Assembly (NCBI GenBank): GCA_965226375.1
Contig: CBDDCX010000008.1
Span: 96,001 to 160,000 of the forward strand
DNA: 64,000 bases
Direction: 5' to 3'
Source of the DNA: Longimicrobiales bacterium
Lineage (GTDB): Bacteria > Gemmatimonadota > Gemmatimonadetes > Longimicrobiales > Gaopeijiaceae
Shown here: piece after piece, positions 31,444-41,889 of the stretch
Position numbering within the stretch: the first letter of the stretch is position 1
Layout of the letters: each line of letters begins with the position of its first letter
Notes under the pieces: generated by a model
Database searches by the model: none
The model's input: the letters and a program-made list of their open reading frames with translations, nothing else
Told to the model about the DNA's origin: nothing
Translations under genes and position numbers: made by a program

Positions 31444-33575
31444 AACTCCGCCAGATCCAAGATCGCCTCGAGCACGTCGTGCGGCTGGGGCAGAATCACG
31501 TTTTCCAACTTCGGCGCGTATGCGACCCAGGTATCCATCGAGGCCACTCGCTTCACCGGTCCGTCCAACCAGGCAAAGAGCTCGTCCGATATGCGGGCCG
31601 CAATCTCCGAACCGATGCCCCAAGAGAGCGAGTCCTCATGGGTGATGAGGACCTTGTTGGTCTTCTTCACCGAAGCGGCGATCGACTCCATATCGAAGGG
31701 CGACAACGTGCGCAGATCGATGACCTCGCATTCGATGTCGTGCTGGTCCGCGGCTGTCCTTGCGGCGTCCATGGACCGCTTTACCAGTGCCCCGCAGGTC
31801 ACGATGGTCAGGTCCGTGCCGGGGCGCACGACTTTCGCTTTACCGAACGGAATCATGTAGTCATCGCCCGGATAACGGCCTTTGTTGTGGACCTGCCGAT
31901 AGAGGTGTTTGTGCTCCAGGAAGATGACGGGATCGTCGCAGCGGATCGCGGTTCTCAGGAGCCCGTTGGCGTCCTGGGCGTTGGACGGGAGCACGACCCT
32001 GAGACCCGGAGTATGCGTGAAGAGCGTTTCGCCCGTCTGTGAGTGGTAGGGGCCACCGCCCTTCAGGTATCCCCCGTACGGCACGCGAATCACAACCGGG
32101 GCCGAAAAATCCCCAGCCGTCCGGTATCTCATGGTGGCCAGCTCGTTCCGGATCTGCATGAATGCCGGCCAGATGTAGTCGAAGAACTGAATCTCGATCA
32201 CCGGCTTGAGACCGCGCTGCGCCATCCCGATGGCCCGGCCCACGATGCTGGCCTCGGCGAGCGGAGAGTTGAAGACACGCTGACCCCCAAAACGGGTCTG
32301 CAGGCCATGGGTCACCTTGAACACGCCGCCTTTGCCCTTGACCTCTGATAGAATATCCTCCCGCGAGGCGTCGGCAACGTCCTCTCCGAACACGACGATT
32401 CGGGGATTGCGCTCCATTTCGTCGCGCATGCAGGCGTTCAGGAGATCGACTACTGTCAAATCCCGGTCGTCGTTGAACTCCGGTGAATCCTCGGTGTCGA
32501 ACTCGGGCCCCGTTGGATCGACCTCTTCCGAGTAGAGGTGATGCAGCACGGTCTCGGGTGCGGGTTGGGGATGGGTCTCAGCCTCGTCCGCCGCTGCGGC
32601 GACGGCGGTCTGGATCTCCTGATCCAGGGCGTCGAGCGCCTCGGCGGTCGAGATGCCCTGTTCGATGAGGAGCGTCCGCGTTCTCAGTAGCGGGTCTCGC
32701 TTGGCCTCCTCTTCCCGCTCGGCCGCGGGGCGATACATCCGCTCATCGTCCGACATGGAGTGGGAGTACGGCCTGATCGTGTGCGCGTGAACGAGGGCGG
32801 GCCCTTTGCGGGAACGACAGTGAGCCACGGCCTCACCGGAGGCCAAATAGCTGTCCACCAGGTCCGTGCCGTCGCACTCCTTGATGAGGAGATCCGGAAA
32901 GCCCGCCACGAGCTTGGATATGCTCCCACCGGCCGTGTTGACCTCTACCGGAACGGAGATCGCGTACCCGTTGTCCTCAATGAGGAAGACGACGGGGAGC
33001 CTGAGATTGCAGGCGCAGTTCAGGGCCTCCCAGAATTCGCCTTCTGAGGTGGCCCCGTCTCCCGCACACACCAACACGACTTCGTCTTCATGAAAGCCGG
33101 TGAGCTCACCCTGGAGCTCCGGCACCCGCTCGACCCGCAACGCCGCCTCAGCGGCTCCGACGGCCTGCAAGAACTGGGTGCCGGTGGGCGACGACGCGCT
33201 GGCGATGTTGTACCTGACGTCTCCGAAGTGCGACGGCATCTGTCGGCCGGCACTGTTGGGATCGTCGTGAGCCCCTACGGCTCCGAGAAGATGATCGAGA
33301 GGGGTCTGGCCGGCGGCTAGGGCCAAGGCCCGGTCGCGGTAATAGAGGTAGAACCAGTCATGGCCGCCCTTCAAATGGGCGGCCATCGCTACCTGAATAG
33401 CTTCGTGCCCGGCACCCGAGATCTGAAAGTAGATCTTATTCTGGCGCTTGAGTGCGATCTCACGGTCATCCAGCCGTCGAGCGGTGACCATGGTTCGGTA
33501 GGCGTCTAACAACCAGCCGGGGTCGAGGCCCGGCTGGTCAGCGGTCGTGATGATGTTCTGCTCTTTCGTTGCCAT
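31440..33575 (-). CDS. 2-oxoacid dehydrogenase E1, fused alpha/beta subunits
   Basis: [47 protein letters not shown]. Confidence 0.92.
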   Translation of the reverse strand: MATKEQNIITTADQPGLDPGWLLDAYRTMVTARRLDDREIALKRQNKIYFQISGAGHEAIQVAMAAHLKGGHDWFYLYYRDRALALAAGQTPLDHLLGAVGAHDDPNSAGRQMPSHFGDVRYNIASASSPTGTQFLQAVGAAEAALRVERVPELQGELTGFHEDEVVLVCAGDGATSEGEFWEALNCACNLRLPVVFLIEDNGYAISVPVEVNTAGGSISKLVAGFPDLLIKECDGTDLVDSYLASGEAVAHCRSRKGPALVHAHTIRPYSHSMSDDERMYRPAAEREEEAKRDPLLRTRTLLIEQGISTAEALDALDQEIQTAVAAAADEAETHPQPAPETVLHHLYSEEVDPTGPEFDTEDSPEFNDDRDLTVVDLLNACMRDEMERNPRIVVFGEDVADASREDILSEVKGKGGVFKVTHGLQTRFGGQRVFNSPLAEASIVGRAIGMAQRGLKPVIEIQFFDYIWPAFMQIRNELATMRYRTAGDFSAPVVIRVPYGGYLKGGGPYHSQTGETLFTHTPGLRVVLPSNAQDANGLLRTAIRCDDPVIFLEHKHLYRQVHNKGRYPGDDYMIPFGKAKVVRPGTDLTIVTCGALVKRSMDAARTAADQHDIECEVIDLRTLSPFDMESIAASVKKTNKVLITHEDSLSWGIGSEIAARISDELFAWLDGPVKRVASMDTWVAYAPKLENVILPQPHDVLEAILDLAEF

Positions 33576-33649
33576 CAAATCCCGGGACTCAAGGTGCGGT
33601 CGGACAGCCCATAAGATAGCCAAACGTCGAATCAGAGTGGAGCATCAAC

Positions 33650-35734
33650 CTACCTTCCATGTCCCACGCGGGCTGTGAGCTGCTCCGACAGAGCCTCGGG
33701 GTCGGTCACCGGGGCGAGACACGCGTAGCTCTCGCAAACATAAGCCGTGGGTTTGTTTTCGCGTGTATTTCGGTCCACCAGAACAGGGACGGACTCGTAC
33801 ACCGCCTCTCCCGGTGCGGCTCCCGCGATTGTGCGGTTCGGAAGGTACGGCTCCAGCGCCGCCGCGAGCAGTGCGCGGGTCGCGGGGTCGGCCCTCTCTC
33901 CGATAATCGCGATCTCGACGGGGGCGGCGATGGTACGGTCCAGACCCGAGAGAAGACGTCCGAACGCGCCTGGGAACCGCGCCAGGGACCCGGCCTCCCG
34001 CGCTAGAACCCGCTCGGCAACGTCCTGATCGCGCTCGTCACCGAAGAGGTGGGCCGTTCTCAAGAGGAGCTCCACTGCAAGCGAATTTCCAGATGGAGTG
34101 GCATTATCCATGATGTCGCGGGGCCGAACGATCAGTGACTCACCGTCCACCGGTGCGTCGTAAAACACTTTGGCGTCCTCATCCCAAAAGAGGGTGATCA
34201 TCCGCTCGGTGATCCAACGAATCTCCTCGAGCCAGTGTGGCTCGAGGGTGACCTCGTAGACGGTTACCATCGCGTTACCGACCGCTCCGTAGTCCTCCAG
34301 GAAGGCGTCGATACGCGACTCGCCGTCCTTGTAAGACCGGAGGAGGCGGTCGTCCCGTCGCATCTTGGAGAGTATGAACTCGAGTCCGGTTACTGCGGCC
34401 TCCACGTAGCGGTCGCTCCCGAGGGCTCCCCCGGCCTCGGCCAGTGCCCTGATCGCCATGCCATTCCAGCTCGCGAGCACCTTTTCGTCTCGAAAAGGAG
34501 CCTCCCTGAGATTTCGGGCCTTCAACAGCCGGTCACCCGCCTCACGCAGTTGTGCACGGAGCCGTTCCGGGTCCAGCTTCTCGCTCCTCGCTATGGCCTC
34601 CAGGTCATGGGGCAAGTGCAGAATGTTTCTCCCCTCGAAGTTTCCGGCGTCGCTGACATCGTAGCAGCGCTCGAATAGGGCTGCGACTTCGCTTTCCAGC
34701 ACCTCCCGAACCTGGGCCGGGGTCCACACGTAAAAGATGCCCTCCTCACCCTCCGAGTCGGCGTCCAGCGCCGAGTAGAATCCCCCGTCGACGTCGCGCA
34801 TGTCCCTCAGCAGATGGTCCAGCGTCTGCTCTGCCACGTCCCTCAGGTCCGTGTCTCCAGTGGCCTGGAAGGCATTCAGGTAGACCCTAGCCAGCAGCGC
34901 GTTGTCGTACAGCATCTTCTCGAAGTGTGGAACCAGCCATCGTGCGTCCACCGAGTATCGATGGAATCCACCTCCCAGTTGGTCGTGCATGCCCCCCCCG
35001 GCCATCTTGCGGAGCGTGTGTGTGACCATACCCAAGGCATGGTCGTCTCCGGTTCGGGCGTGGACCCTCAGGGCCAGCTCGAGGGTCACGGGTTGGGGGA
35101 ACTTCGGTGCGTCTCCGAATCCGCCGTGGGTGGGATCGAAGCGCGAGGAGAGGAAACGGTAGGCGTGGTCGAGGAGGTCGGCGTCGACGAGCCTTTCGCC
35201 GTCTTTCGTCATCGGTCCTTCGCCGGCTTCGGCCGTACTACGCGACAGGATCTCTCGAAGCTCGCCGGCGTTCTTGGCCACCTCGTCCCGTCTCTCGCCA
35301 TAGGCATTCTGGATGGCGTCCAGGATTTGACGAAAGGACGGCAACCCGTGGCGGGCCTCGGGTGGAAAGTATGTGCCTCCGTAAAAGGGTTCTCCATCGG
35401 GCGTAAGGAACGCGGTGAGCGGCCACCCACCCTGTCCCGACATGGCCTGCACCGCGCGCATATAGACCGAATCGATATCGGGCCGCTCCTCCCGGTCCAC
35501 CTTGATGTTCACGAACCCGTGGTTCATGGCCTCGGCCGTGGTCGGATCCTCGAACGACTCGTGCGCCATGACGTGGCACCAGTGGCAAGCCGAATAGCCG
35601 ATCGATAGCAGGATGGGCACGTCCCTCTCCCGGGCGCTGGCAAAGGCCTCATCTCCCCACGGATACCAGTCCACTGGATTGTCGGCGTGCTGCTGAAGGT
35701 AGGGGCTGCTCTCTCGAGACAGACGATTGGCCAC
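33650..35734 (-). CDS. Thioredoxin-domain YyaL/SSP411 family protein
   Basis: [38 protein letters not shown]. Confidence 0.92.
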   Translation of the reverse strand: MANRLSRESSPYLQQHADNPVDWYPWGDEAFASARERDVPILLSIGYSACHWCHVMAHESFEDPTTAEAMNHGFVNIKVDREERPDIDSVYMRAVQAMSGQGGWPLTAFLTPDGEPFYGGTYFPPEARHGLPSFRQILDAIQNAYGERRDEVAKNAGELREILSRSTAEAGEGPMTKDGERLVDADLLDHAYRFLSSRFDPTHGGFGDAPKFPQPVTLELALRVHARTGDDHALGMVTHTLRKMAGGGMHDQLGGGFHRYSVDARWLVPHFEKMLYDNALLARVYLNAFQATGDTDLRDVAEQTLDHLLRDMRDVDGGFYSALDADSEGEEGIFYVWTPAQVREVLESEVAALFERCYDVSDAGNFEGRNILHLPHDLEAIARSEKLDPERLRAQLREAGDRLLKARNLREAPFRDEKVLASWNGMAIRALAEAGGALGSDRYVEAAVTGLEFILSKMRRDDRLLRSYKDGESRIDAFLEDYGAVGNAMVTVYEVTLEPHWLEEIRWITERMITLFWDEDAKVFYDAPVDGESLIVRPRDIMDNATPSGNSLAVELLLRTAHLFGDERDQDVAERVLAREAGSLARFPGAFGRLLSGLDRTIAAPVEIAIIGERADPATRALLAAALEPYLPNRTIAGAAPGEAVYESVPVLVDRNTRENKPTAYVCESYACLAPVTDPEALSEQLTARVGHGR

Positions 35735-35928
35735 TCGGAACTCCCTGGTTTCGGCGACCGCCACCTTAGTCAAAGAACCGTGAAACGGCCACCTATCGTA
35801 GAAGGTTAGCGCCTTTCGGGCTGGTAGGGAGGACTTTCTCCACTACCATTATCGTTGAATTCGTTTGGAGCCACGGGTAGATTCAATAATCAAATGTTTC
35901 CGGATGTGTTTTTGACGGCTCCGTTACC

Positions 35929-36210
35929 GTGAGAATCCACTTGGAATCGATTTACGTACGGTTGACGAAGGCAGCGATTCGAAGGCCTTCGCTGATCCCG
36001 GGTCTCCTGGGTACTGCATGGGCGTTTCGGGCAAATCGATGGTACTTGAGGCCCCCCTTCCTCCCCATTCCGCCGCGGAGCTACATGAGATGGCGGATGG
36101 AGACTGCATACGGGGATGCGGGGGCGGCACCTCCGGTGACGGAGCTGGAGCGGTATGTCCGGTGGGGGTCTGAGATGCGAAAGCGCATGAAAGTGAAGAC
36201 GGCGCCGTGA
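35929..36210 (+). CDS. Conserved hypothetical protein
   Basis: W..RPPFLPIP...YMRWRMETAYG; coupled to the next gene. Confidence 0.65.
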   Translation: MRIHLESIYVRLTKAAIRRPSLIPGLLGTAWAFRANRWYLRPPFLPIPPRSYMRWRMETAYGDAGAAPPVTELERYVRWGSEMRKRMKVKTAP

Positions 36211-36578
36211 CCAAACTCTTTCTCATGATCATTTTCGGCCTTGTCGCGGCGTTGTATTTTCCCGATAGCCGCCAGATGATCATCGACGAGGCCATGCCGG
36301 TGCTACAGCCCGTGCTGGTCTGGAATGCGGAGCGGGAGATGGAGGATCTTTCGAGGGCCGTGAGAAGGCAGTTCCGCGAAACCTACCGTCTGCCGGGCCG
36401 CCGCGAGTGGAGCAGCTGGCTCGAGACCAATTTCTCCGGGGGCGGGGGTGACGATCCCTGGGGGCAGTCCTACAGCTACCAGGCCTGGGCCGACTCCTTC
36501 GCGATTCAGTCCTTCGGTCCGGATGGGCAGCAGGGGAATGACGACGACCTTCGTATTTCGAAACATCGCCCATTCTAG
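36207..36578 (+). CDS. GspG-like pseudopilin domain protein
   Basis: N-terminal TM; DPWGQSYSY...SFGPDGQQGNDDD. Confidence 0.75.
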   Translation: MTKLFLMIIFGLVAALYFPDSRQMIIDEAMPVLQPVLVWNAEREMEDLSRAVRRQFRETYRLPGRREWSSWLETNFSGGGGDDPWGQSYSYQAWADSFAIQSFGPDGQQGNDDDLRISKHRPF

Positions 36579-36636
36579 CGGCTTTTCCGGCTGCGCTAGT
36601 CACCTCCACTGACCCCGACCCCGTGCCTCCCTCGTC

Positions 36637-38526
36637 ATGATCGAGTGGATCGGAACCTACCTGGCGGTCTACGGTCCGCTCCTCGTCGGGGCCATGGCCT
36701 TGTTCGAGACCGCTCTGATCATTGGCCTGGTGCTGCCGGCGGAGCCGACCATCATCGTGGCCACCGCCTTTGCGCTGGAGGGTCACTTCAGCTTCACTGC
36801 GGTGGTGGTGGCCGCCCTGGTGGGCGCCACGCTCGGCGATTCGTGCGGGTTCATGTTGGGGCGGTATGGGGGGCGCCGCTTCTTGCGCAGGAAGGGCCGC
36901 CTCGCAAGGGCTGCCCGGCGTCACCAGGATCGGACATCTGCCCTGTTCGAGCGTCACGGAGTCCTTTCGATCACGATGGCCCGACTGATCCCGTTCGCTC
37001 GCACCCTCATGCCTCTGGCGGCCGGCGCGACACGCATGACCTATCGCCGCTTCCTTGTCTTCGACCTCCTCGGCATCGCCGGTTGGGGCTTGGTCGGATT
37101 GGGCTTCGCCTATGGGGCGGCTCGAGGCTGGCAGGTCGGAGCGGAGGTTCTGGGCCTCGGATGGGCAGCACTGCTGGCCGCAGTCGCGGCGATGGCGATC
37201 CTTGCGGTGAAGGGCCGGATTTTCGAGGCGCCTGATGCTCCCGAGTTGGTTGCGATCGGCCTCACGGGCAACGTGGCTGCAGGCAAGTCGGCCGTTGCGG
37301 CATTTTGGGAGGACGGCGGGGTGCCCGTGGTCAGCGCGGACACCCTGGCCCGCGAGGCGGTGGTGCCGGGCAGTCCGGGTCTTGCGGCGGTGGTCGAGGC
37401 CTTTGGTGAGGCGATACTGAACGATGACGGCTCTCTCGACCGGTCTGCCCTGGGGGCTCTCGTGTTCCATGACAAAGAGGCCCGCACGACCCTGGAGGCG
37501 ATTCTGCACCCGCGCATATCGGTGCTACGCGACCGCTGGATGAGGAAACGGGTCAGCGAGGGAATTTCTCTCGCGGTCTGGGAAGTGCCGTTACTGTTCG
37601 AGACGGGTCTCGATGCCGATGTCGATGTGACGGTCCTGGTGGACGCTGCAGCGGACGTTCGGCTCGCCCGACTCACCGGCGGGCGAGGCCTCGATGAACA
37701 GCGGGCACGCGGGATCATGGCCAGCCAGATGGATCCCGATCTCAAGCGTGACCGGGCGGACCACGTGTTGGTCAACGAGGGCACCCTTGGAGAGTTGGAG
37801 GCCTCTGCCTCCGATCTATTGGACCAGATCCGTAACAGGACCCAAGTGGGCCTGGGTCCTCCCCCCAGTCGAATTCGTGTCGACATGCACCTCCACACCC
37901 GGGCTTCGTTCGATTGCCTTTCCGATCCCATCCGGGTAATCGAGGCCGCCAAAGCCAAGGGGGTCCAGCGTATCGCCATCACCGATCACAACCGTCTGAG
38001 CCTGGCCTTGGAGATGGCAGAAGCGTTTCCGGGCGTGGTGATTCCGGGCGAGGAAGTGAAGACGGCGGAGGGCATCGACGTGATCGGCTTGTACCTCGAG
38101 GAGGAGATCCCGAAAGGGACACCGGCCAGGGAAGTCTGCCGACTGGTCCATGAGCAGGGGGGAATCGTGTACCTTCCCCATCCGTATGCGAGCGGCAAGG
38201 GCGGATCCGGCCGATATGCCGAAGAGCTTGCTCCGCTGGTCGATGTGGTCGAGGTTTTCAACGCGCGGCTTCATCCCGGGAGGCTGAACGAGCCTGGGGA
38301 GGAGCTGGCGGCACGTTGGTCGAAGGCGAGGGGAGCCGGCTCTGACGCTCACACTGTGGGCGAGGTTGCGGGGGGATTCGTGGAGGTGGTGGATCACCCG
38401 AATGAGCCGGCGGCCTTGTTGGAGGCTCTTGCGGGAGCGCGCATCCGGGGTGTGACCACGCCCTGGTCGGTGCACCTGGCTTCTACATGGGCCAAGGTGA
38501 GAAAGCGACTGCCCTTTTCGGAATAG
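36637..38526 (+). CDS. coaE: DedA - dephospho-CoA kinase - PHP phosphoesterase fusion
   Basis: DedA (GLVLPAE, GATLGD, ARLIPFART), CoaE (IGLTGNVAAGKS, LHP, VPLLFE), PHP (DMHLHT, AITDHN, GEE, HP, GSDAH). Confidence 0.85.
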   Translation: MIEWIGTYLAVYGPLLVGAMALFETALIIGLVLPAEPTIIVATAFALEGHFSFTAVVVAALVGATLGDSCGFMLGRYGGRRFLRRKGRLARAARRHQDRTSALFERHGVLSITMARLIPFARTLMPLAAGATRMTYRRFLVFDLLGIAGWGLVGLGFAYGAARGWQVGAEVLGLGWAALLAAVAAMAILAVKGRIFEAPDAPELVAIGLTGNVAAGKSAVAAFWEDGGVPVVSADTLAREAVVPGSPGLAAVVEAFGEAILNDDGSLDRSALGALVFHDKEARTTLEAILHPRISVLRDRWMRKRVSEGISLAVWEVPLLFETGLDADVDVTVLVDAAADVRLARLTGGRGLDEQRARGIMASQMDPDLKRDRADHVLVNEGTLGELEASASDLLDQIRNRTQVGLGPPPSRIRVDMHLHTRASFDCLSDPIRVIEAAKAKGVQRIAITDHNRLSLALEMAEAFPGVVIPGEEVKTAEGIDVIGLYLEEEIPKGTPAREVCRLVHEQGGIVYLPHPYASGKGGSGRYAEELAPLVDVVEVFNARLHPGRLNEPGEELAARWSKARGAGSDAHTVGEVAGGFVEVVDHPNEPAALLEALAGARIRGVTTPWSVHLASTWAKVRKRLPFSE

Positions 38527-38536
38527 CGATCTGTCC

Positions 38537-39562
38537 ATGACCTACCAGACTCCCGCATCCAGATCTGCGGATATCGAGGCCGTTCTGGAGGCTCTGGACG
38601 GTAGCGAGACGGTCATCCTCACCACCCACATAAATGCGGACGGGGACGGCCTCGGGTCCGAGGTGGCGCTGGCCGCTTGGCTTCGTGCCGGGGGGACCGA
38701 GGCGTATATCATCAACCCGACCGCCGTGCCCAAGTCCCTCCACTTTATCGTTTCCGACGAAACGTGGGTGCTCGATGCGGGTGCGTCCCGAGCCCGGGAG
38801 CTCTGTGACAGTGCCGACGTAGCTGTGGTGTTGGACACCGGTGAGGTGCCACGAATCGGGCGAGTGAGGCCGCTCATCGAGCGTCTTCCCACGATCGTCG
38901 TCGACCATCACCCCAGGGGAGATCAACCGATCTCGGGGGTCTCGTTCCGCGACTCGACGGCGTGTGCCACCGGTGAGCTCGTTTTCGACATCATCCTGGC
39001 GGCCGGGGGGCCGTGGCCCTCCGTCGGGGATTTGGCCATGTACGTGGCCATCCTCACCGACACGGGCTCGTTCCGTTTCAGCAACTCCACGCCCGCCAGC
39101 CACAACATCGCGGCCGAACTCGTCCGGCGCGGTGTGAGTCCCGAGCAAGTCCACCGTCGTGTCTATGGCAGCTCCCCGCAACGTCGGTTGCAGCTGTTGC
39201 GCAGTGCGCTGGGAGAGCTCGAGGTCGACGCTGAAGCGCGAGTGGCGTGGATGACGGTTCCTTCGGAGGCGTACGACCGGCTAGCCGCCACGACTGACGA
39301 CCTCGAGGGATTGGTTGATTACCCGCGCGTCGTGGAGGGGGTCGAGGTCGGTCTTCTCTTTCGACGCACCTCGAGGGGTGGCATCAAGATCTCGTTTCGC
39401 TCCAACGGAGACGTGGATGTAAACGAGCTCGCCGGCCGTTTCGGTGGCGGTGGTCACGTCCGAGCGTCTGGGGCACTGGTCCAGGGGGAGTTGGAGCAGG
39501 TGCGTGACGAGGTCGTCGCCGCGACCATGGCCGCCGTGGAGCTATTGGGCGCCGGGGGGTAA
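38537..39562 (+). CDS. nrnA: DHH/DHHA1 nanoRNase / pAp phosphatase
   Basis: HINADGDG, VDHH, LTDTGSF, SFRS, GGGGH. Confidence 0.88.
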   Translation: MTYQTPASRSADIEAVLEALDGSETVILTTHINADGDGLGSEVALAAWLRAGGTEAYIINPTAVPKSLHFIVSDETWVLDAGASRARELCDSADVAVVLDTGEVPRIGRVRPLIERLPTIVVDHHPRGDQPISGVSFRDSTACATGELVFDIILAAGGPWPSVGDLAMYVAILTDTGSFRFSNSTPASHNIAAELVRRGVSPEQVHRRVYGSSPQRRLQLLRSALGELEVDAEARVAWMTVPSEAYDRLAATTDDLEGLVDYPRVVEGVEVGLLFRRTSRGGIKISFRSNGDVDVNELAGRFGGGGHVRASGALVQGELEQVRDEVVAATMAAVELLGAGG

Positions 39563-39615
39563 GATTAAGGGCGGCGGTGGATGGCGTCGGGGTAGTCCGC
39601 ATTCGCTGACGCTCC

Positions 39616-39887
39616 AGAAGGCTGTTGAAGAAGGACGGTGGGTCGCGCACAGGGGTCTTGCGAGGCTCAGACTAGGAACGACGACGAGTCGTAGCAGGGC
39701 TACGGCGAGGAGGAGAGACAACGTATGAGACCGCAACCCCCCTGTGCCCTCCGGGTTAGGGCGGCGAGGGCCCATCGCGGGTGTTGGCGCTCCTCCCCGA
39801 TACTTAAGCATCGCGTCGTCGCGCCGCCTACGCGCTGGACCCTCGGCGCTCCTAACGCGACCCGCTGTACTTCTTCAACAGCCTTCT
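39616..39887. mobile_element. 272-bp non-coding MITE-like element
   Basis: 18-bp perfect terminal inverted repeat AGAAGGCTGTTGAAGAAG / CTTCTTCAACAGCCTTCT with internal hairpins. Confidence 0.75.
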
Positions 39888-39900
39888 AAGGCTTCCTAAA

Positions 39901-40332
39901 GTGGAGAAACGAGTGAAGGATAATCGTGGACCGGGAGTGCCCGAAGCCATTCCGAGGACACTTCAGCTGGTCGCTCGCAGCTTGGGCGAAGGGGAGATCG
40001 ACCGGCTCTGGGTCTTCCCTCCGCTGATTCGCGGGCGCAAGGAGTGGGGGCTGGTTGCCGCGAGTTGCTTCGCGGACGGAGGTGCAAGGCGCCTCTACAC
40101 TGCCCAGTATTCCGCGGAACGATCCGGCACCAGCCTGACTGTGGATGCCGGTATGGCTGAGGAAGGCGAGGCACCGCCCGATCGGCTCCCCCGAGTCATG
40201 AAGGGGGTAGTACGAAGAAGCGAGGCCGATCTGGGCGAGCCCCGCACGGTTGTGATCGCCGGTGACCCCGAGAAATTTCGGGAGTTCATGAGCGAGTTCG
40301 ATCCATCACTTTTGGGGTCTACAGAAACGTGA
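39901..40332 (+). CDS. Conserved hypothetical protein
   Basis: IDRLWVFPP..RGRKEWGL; GTGA overlap with fur. Confidence 0.65.
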   Translation: MEKRVKDNRGPGVPEAIPRTLQLVARSLGEGEIDRLWVFPPLIRGRKEWGLVAASCFADGGARRLYTAQYSAERSGTSLTVDAGMAEEGEAPPDRLPRVMKGVVRRSEADLGEPRTVVIAGDPEKFREFMSEFDPSLLGSTET

Positions 40333-40829
40333 AGACACTGCACGACCCGTCACCCTTCGTCCGACTTTTCGGACGCTATCTCAGGGAACAGGGCCTGCCC
40401 GTGACGCATCAACGGGAGGTGGTGGCGAAGGTGGTCTTCGGTTCGGACGAGCACCTCTCTGTCGACGAGATTGAACGCGTGCTCCGCTCGACCGGACAGC
40501 GGATCGGAAAAGCGACCATTTATCGGACGCTGGACCTTCTCGTAAAGAGCAAGCTCGTGGCCGAGCATGACTTCGGAGAGGGGTTCAAACGGTACGAGCA
40601 TCGTCTGTCGCCGGAGCCGATTCACGAGCATCTGATCTGCCTCAACTGCGGCAGGGTTCTCGAGTTCCAGAGCCCGGATATTCACCGGATCGAGGCCATG
40701 GTGACGGCCCGGCACGGCTTCCGTCCCGCCCACCACAAGCTCGAAATCTACGGCCTTTGCCGGGAGTGCTCAGAGGCCGGCATCGAGCTGACGCCCGGGG
40801 GCCTGGTGTGCCCCATCGAGACTCTGTGA
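40329..40829 (+). CDS. fur: Fur-family transcriptional regulator
   Basis: THQR, ATIYRTL, HEHLICLNCG, YGLCREC. Confidence 0.88.
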   Translation: MKTLHDPSPFVRLFGRYLREQGLPVTHQREVVAKVVFGSDEHLSVDEIERVLRSTGQRIGKATIYRTLDLLVKSKLVAEHDFGEGFKRYEHRLSPEPIHEHLICLNCGRVLEFQSPDIHRIEAMVTARHGFRPAHHKLEIYGLCRECSEAGIELTPGGLVCPIETL

Positions 40830-40881
40830 TCGAAACCCCCAAGGGCGGTGTTGGCTGCCGTACCCCGCGGGTGAGGTGACC

Positions 40882-41889
40882 ATGCCCAACCGTCGATCTT
40901 CGCAGACCCCCGGTCGAGGCTTCGAGCCCGAAGGAGCTCCCGAACAGGGCGGACAGCTACCTCCAGGTCTCTCGGATCTACCGTGGGAGTTGCCGCACAC
41001 GTACCTGGGTCTCGACGAGTCAGCGACCGATTTTGCCAATGCGGGGGCTGTGATCCTACCGGTTCCGTACGAGACCACGACCAGCTATGGGGGTGGAGCC
41101 CGGAATGGGCCCGGCGCCATCGTCGAGGCGTCGCGGTACATCGAGCTCTACGATCAGGAGCTCCGTACCGACCCGTCCAGGGTGGGAATTCACACGCTAC
41201 CGGCGTTGGAGCTGAGCCGTGACGGGGCGCCGGCTGCCATGGCCGAGCTCGAGGCCGCGTACGCCCGGGTGGCTCATGTGGTCCAGAACCGGTTTCTGGT
41301 CATGCTCGGTGGGGAGCACGCCGTTTCTGCTCCGGCCATCCGCGCTCAAGCAGCACGGGTCGGGCGGCTCAGCGTACTTCAACTCGACGCGCATGCAGAC
41401 CTTCGAGCGGAGTTCGAAGGGTCGGCATACTCTCACGCCTGTGCCATGGCGAGGGTGCTGGATGTAGCGGACCTGGTGTCGGTGGGCGTACGAGGCGTTA
41501 GCGAAGAAGAGGTCGGTGTGGCCGACTCGAAGGAGGGAGTCACGTTGATCTGGGCGGACGAAATGTGGGAAGACGACGCCTGGATGGACCGTGCTCTCTC
41601 GGCTTTGGGCGACCCGGTCTACCTGACCTTCGATGTGGACTACTTCGATCCTTCGCTCGTGCCTTCCACCGGCACCCCGGAGCCCGGGGGAGGGGACTGG
41701 TATCGCACCCTCCGCTTTCTGAGACGTGTCTTCGGGGAGAGAACGGTGGTCGCATGCGATGTGGTCGAGCTCGCCCCCACTCCTGGAGTGCACGCCCCGG
41801 ATTTTCTGGTGGCCAAGCTGGTGTATAAGCTCATTGGGTACCGCTTTGAAGGCGGGCTCGTCGGCAAGGGTCCCGATGAATCCACCTGA
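40882..41889 (+). CDS. speB: Agmatinase (ureohydrolase)
   Basis: GGEH, DAHADLR, SHAC, DVDYFDP..TGTPEPGG. Confidence 0.88.
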   Translation: MPNRRSSQTPGRGFEPEGAPEQGGQLPPGLSDLPWELPHTYLGLDESATDFANAGAVILPVPYETTTSYGGGARNGPGAIVEASRYIELYDQELRTDPSRVGIHTLPALELSRDGAPAAMAELEAAYARVAHVVQNRFLVMLGGEHAVSAPAIRAQAARVGRLSVLQLDAHADLRAEFEGSAYSHACAMARVLDVADLVSVGVRGVSEEEVGVADSKEGVTLIWADEMWEDDAWMDRALSALGDPVYLTFDVDYFDPSLVPSTGTPEPGGGDWYRTLRFLRRVFGERTVVACDVVELAPTPGVHAPDFLVAKLVYKLIGYRFEGGLVGKGPDEST

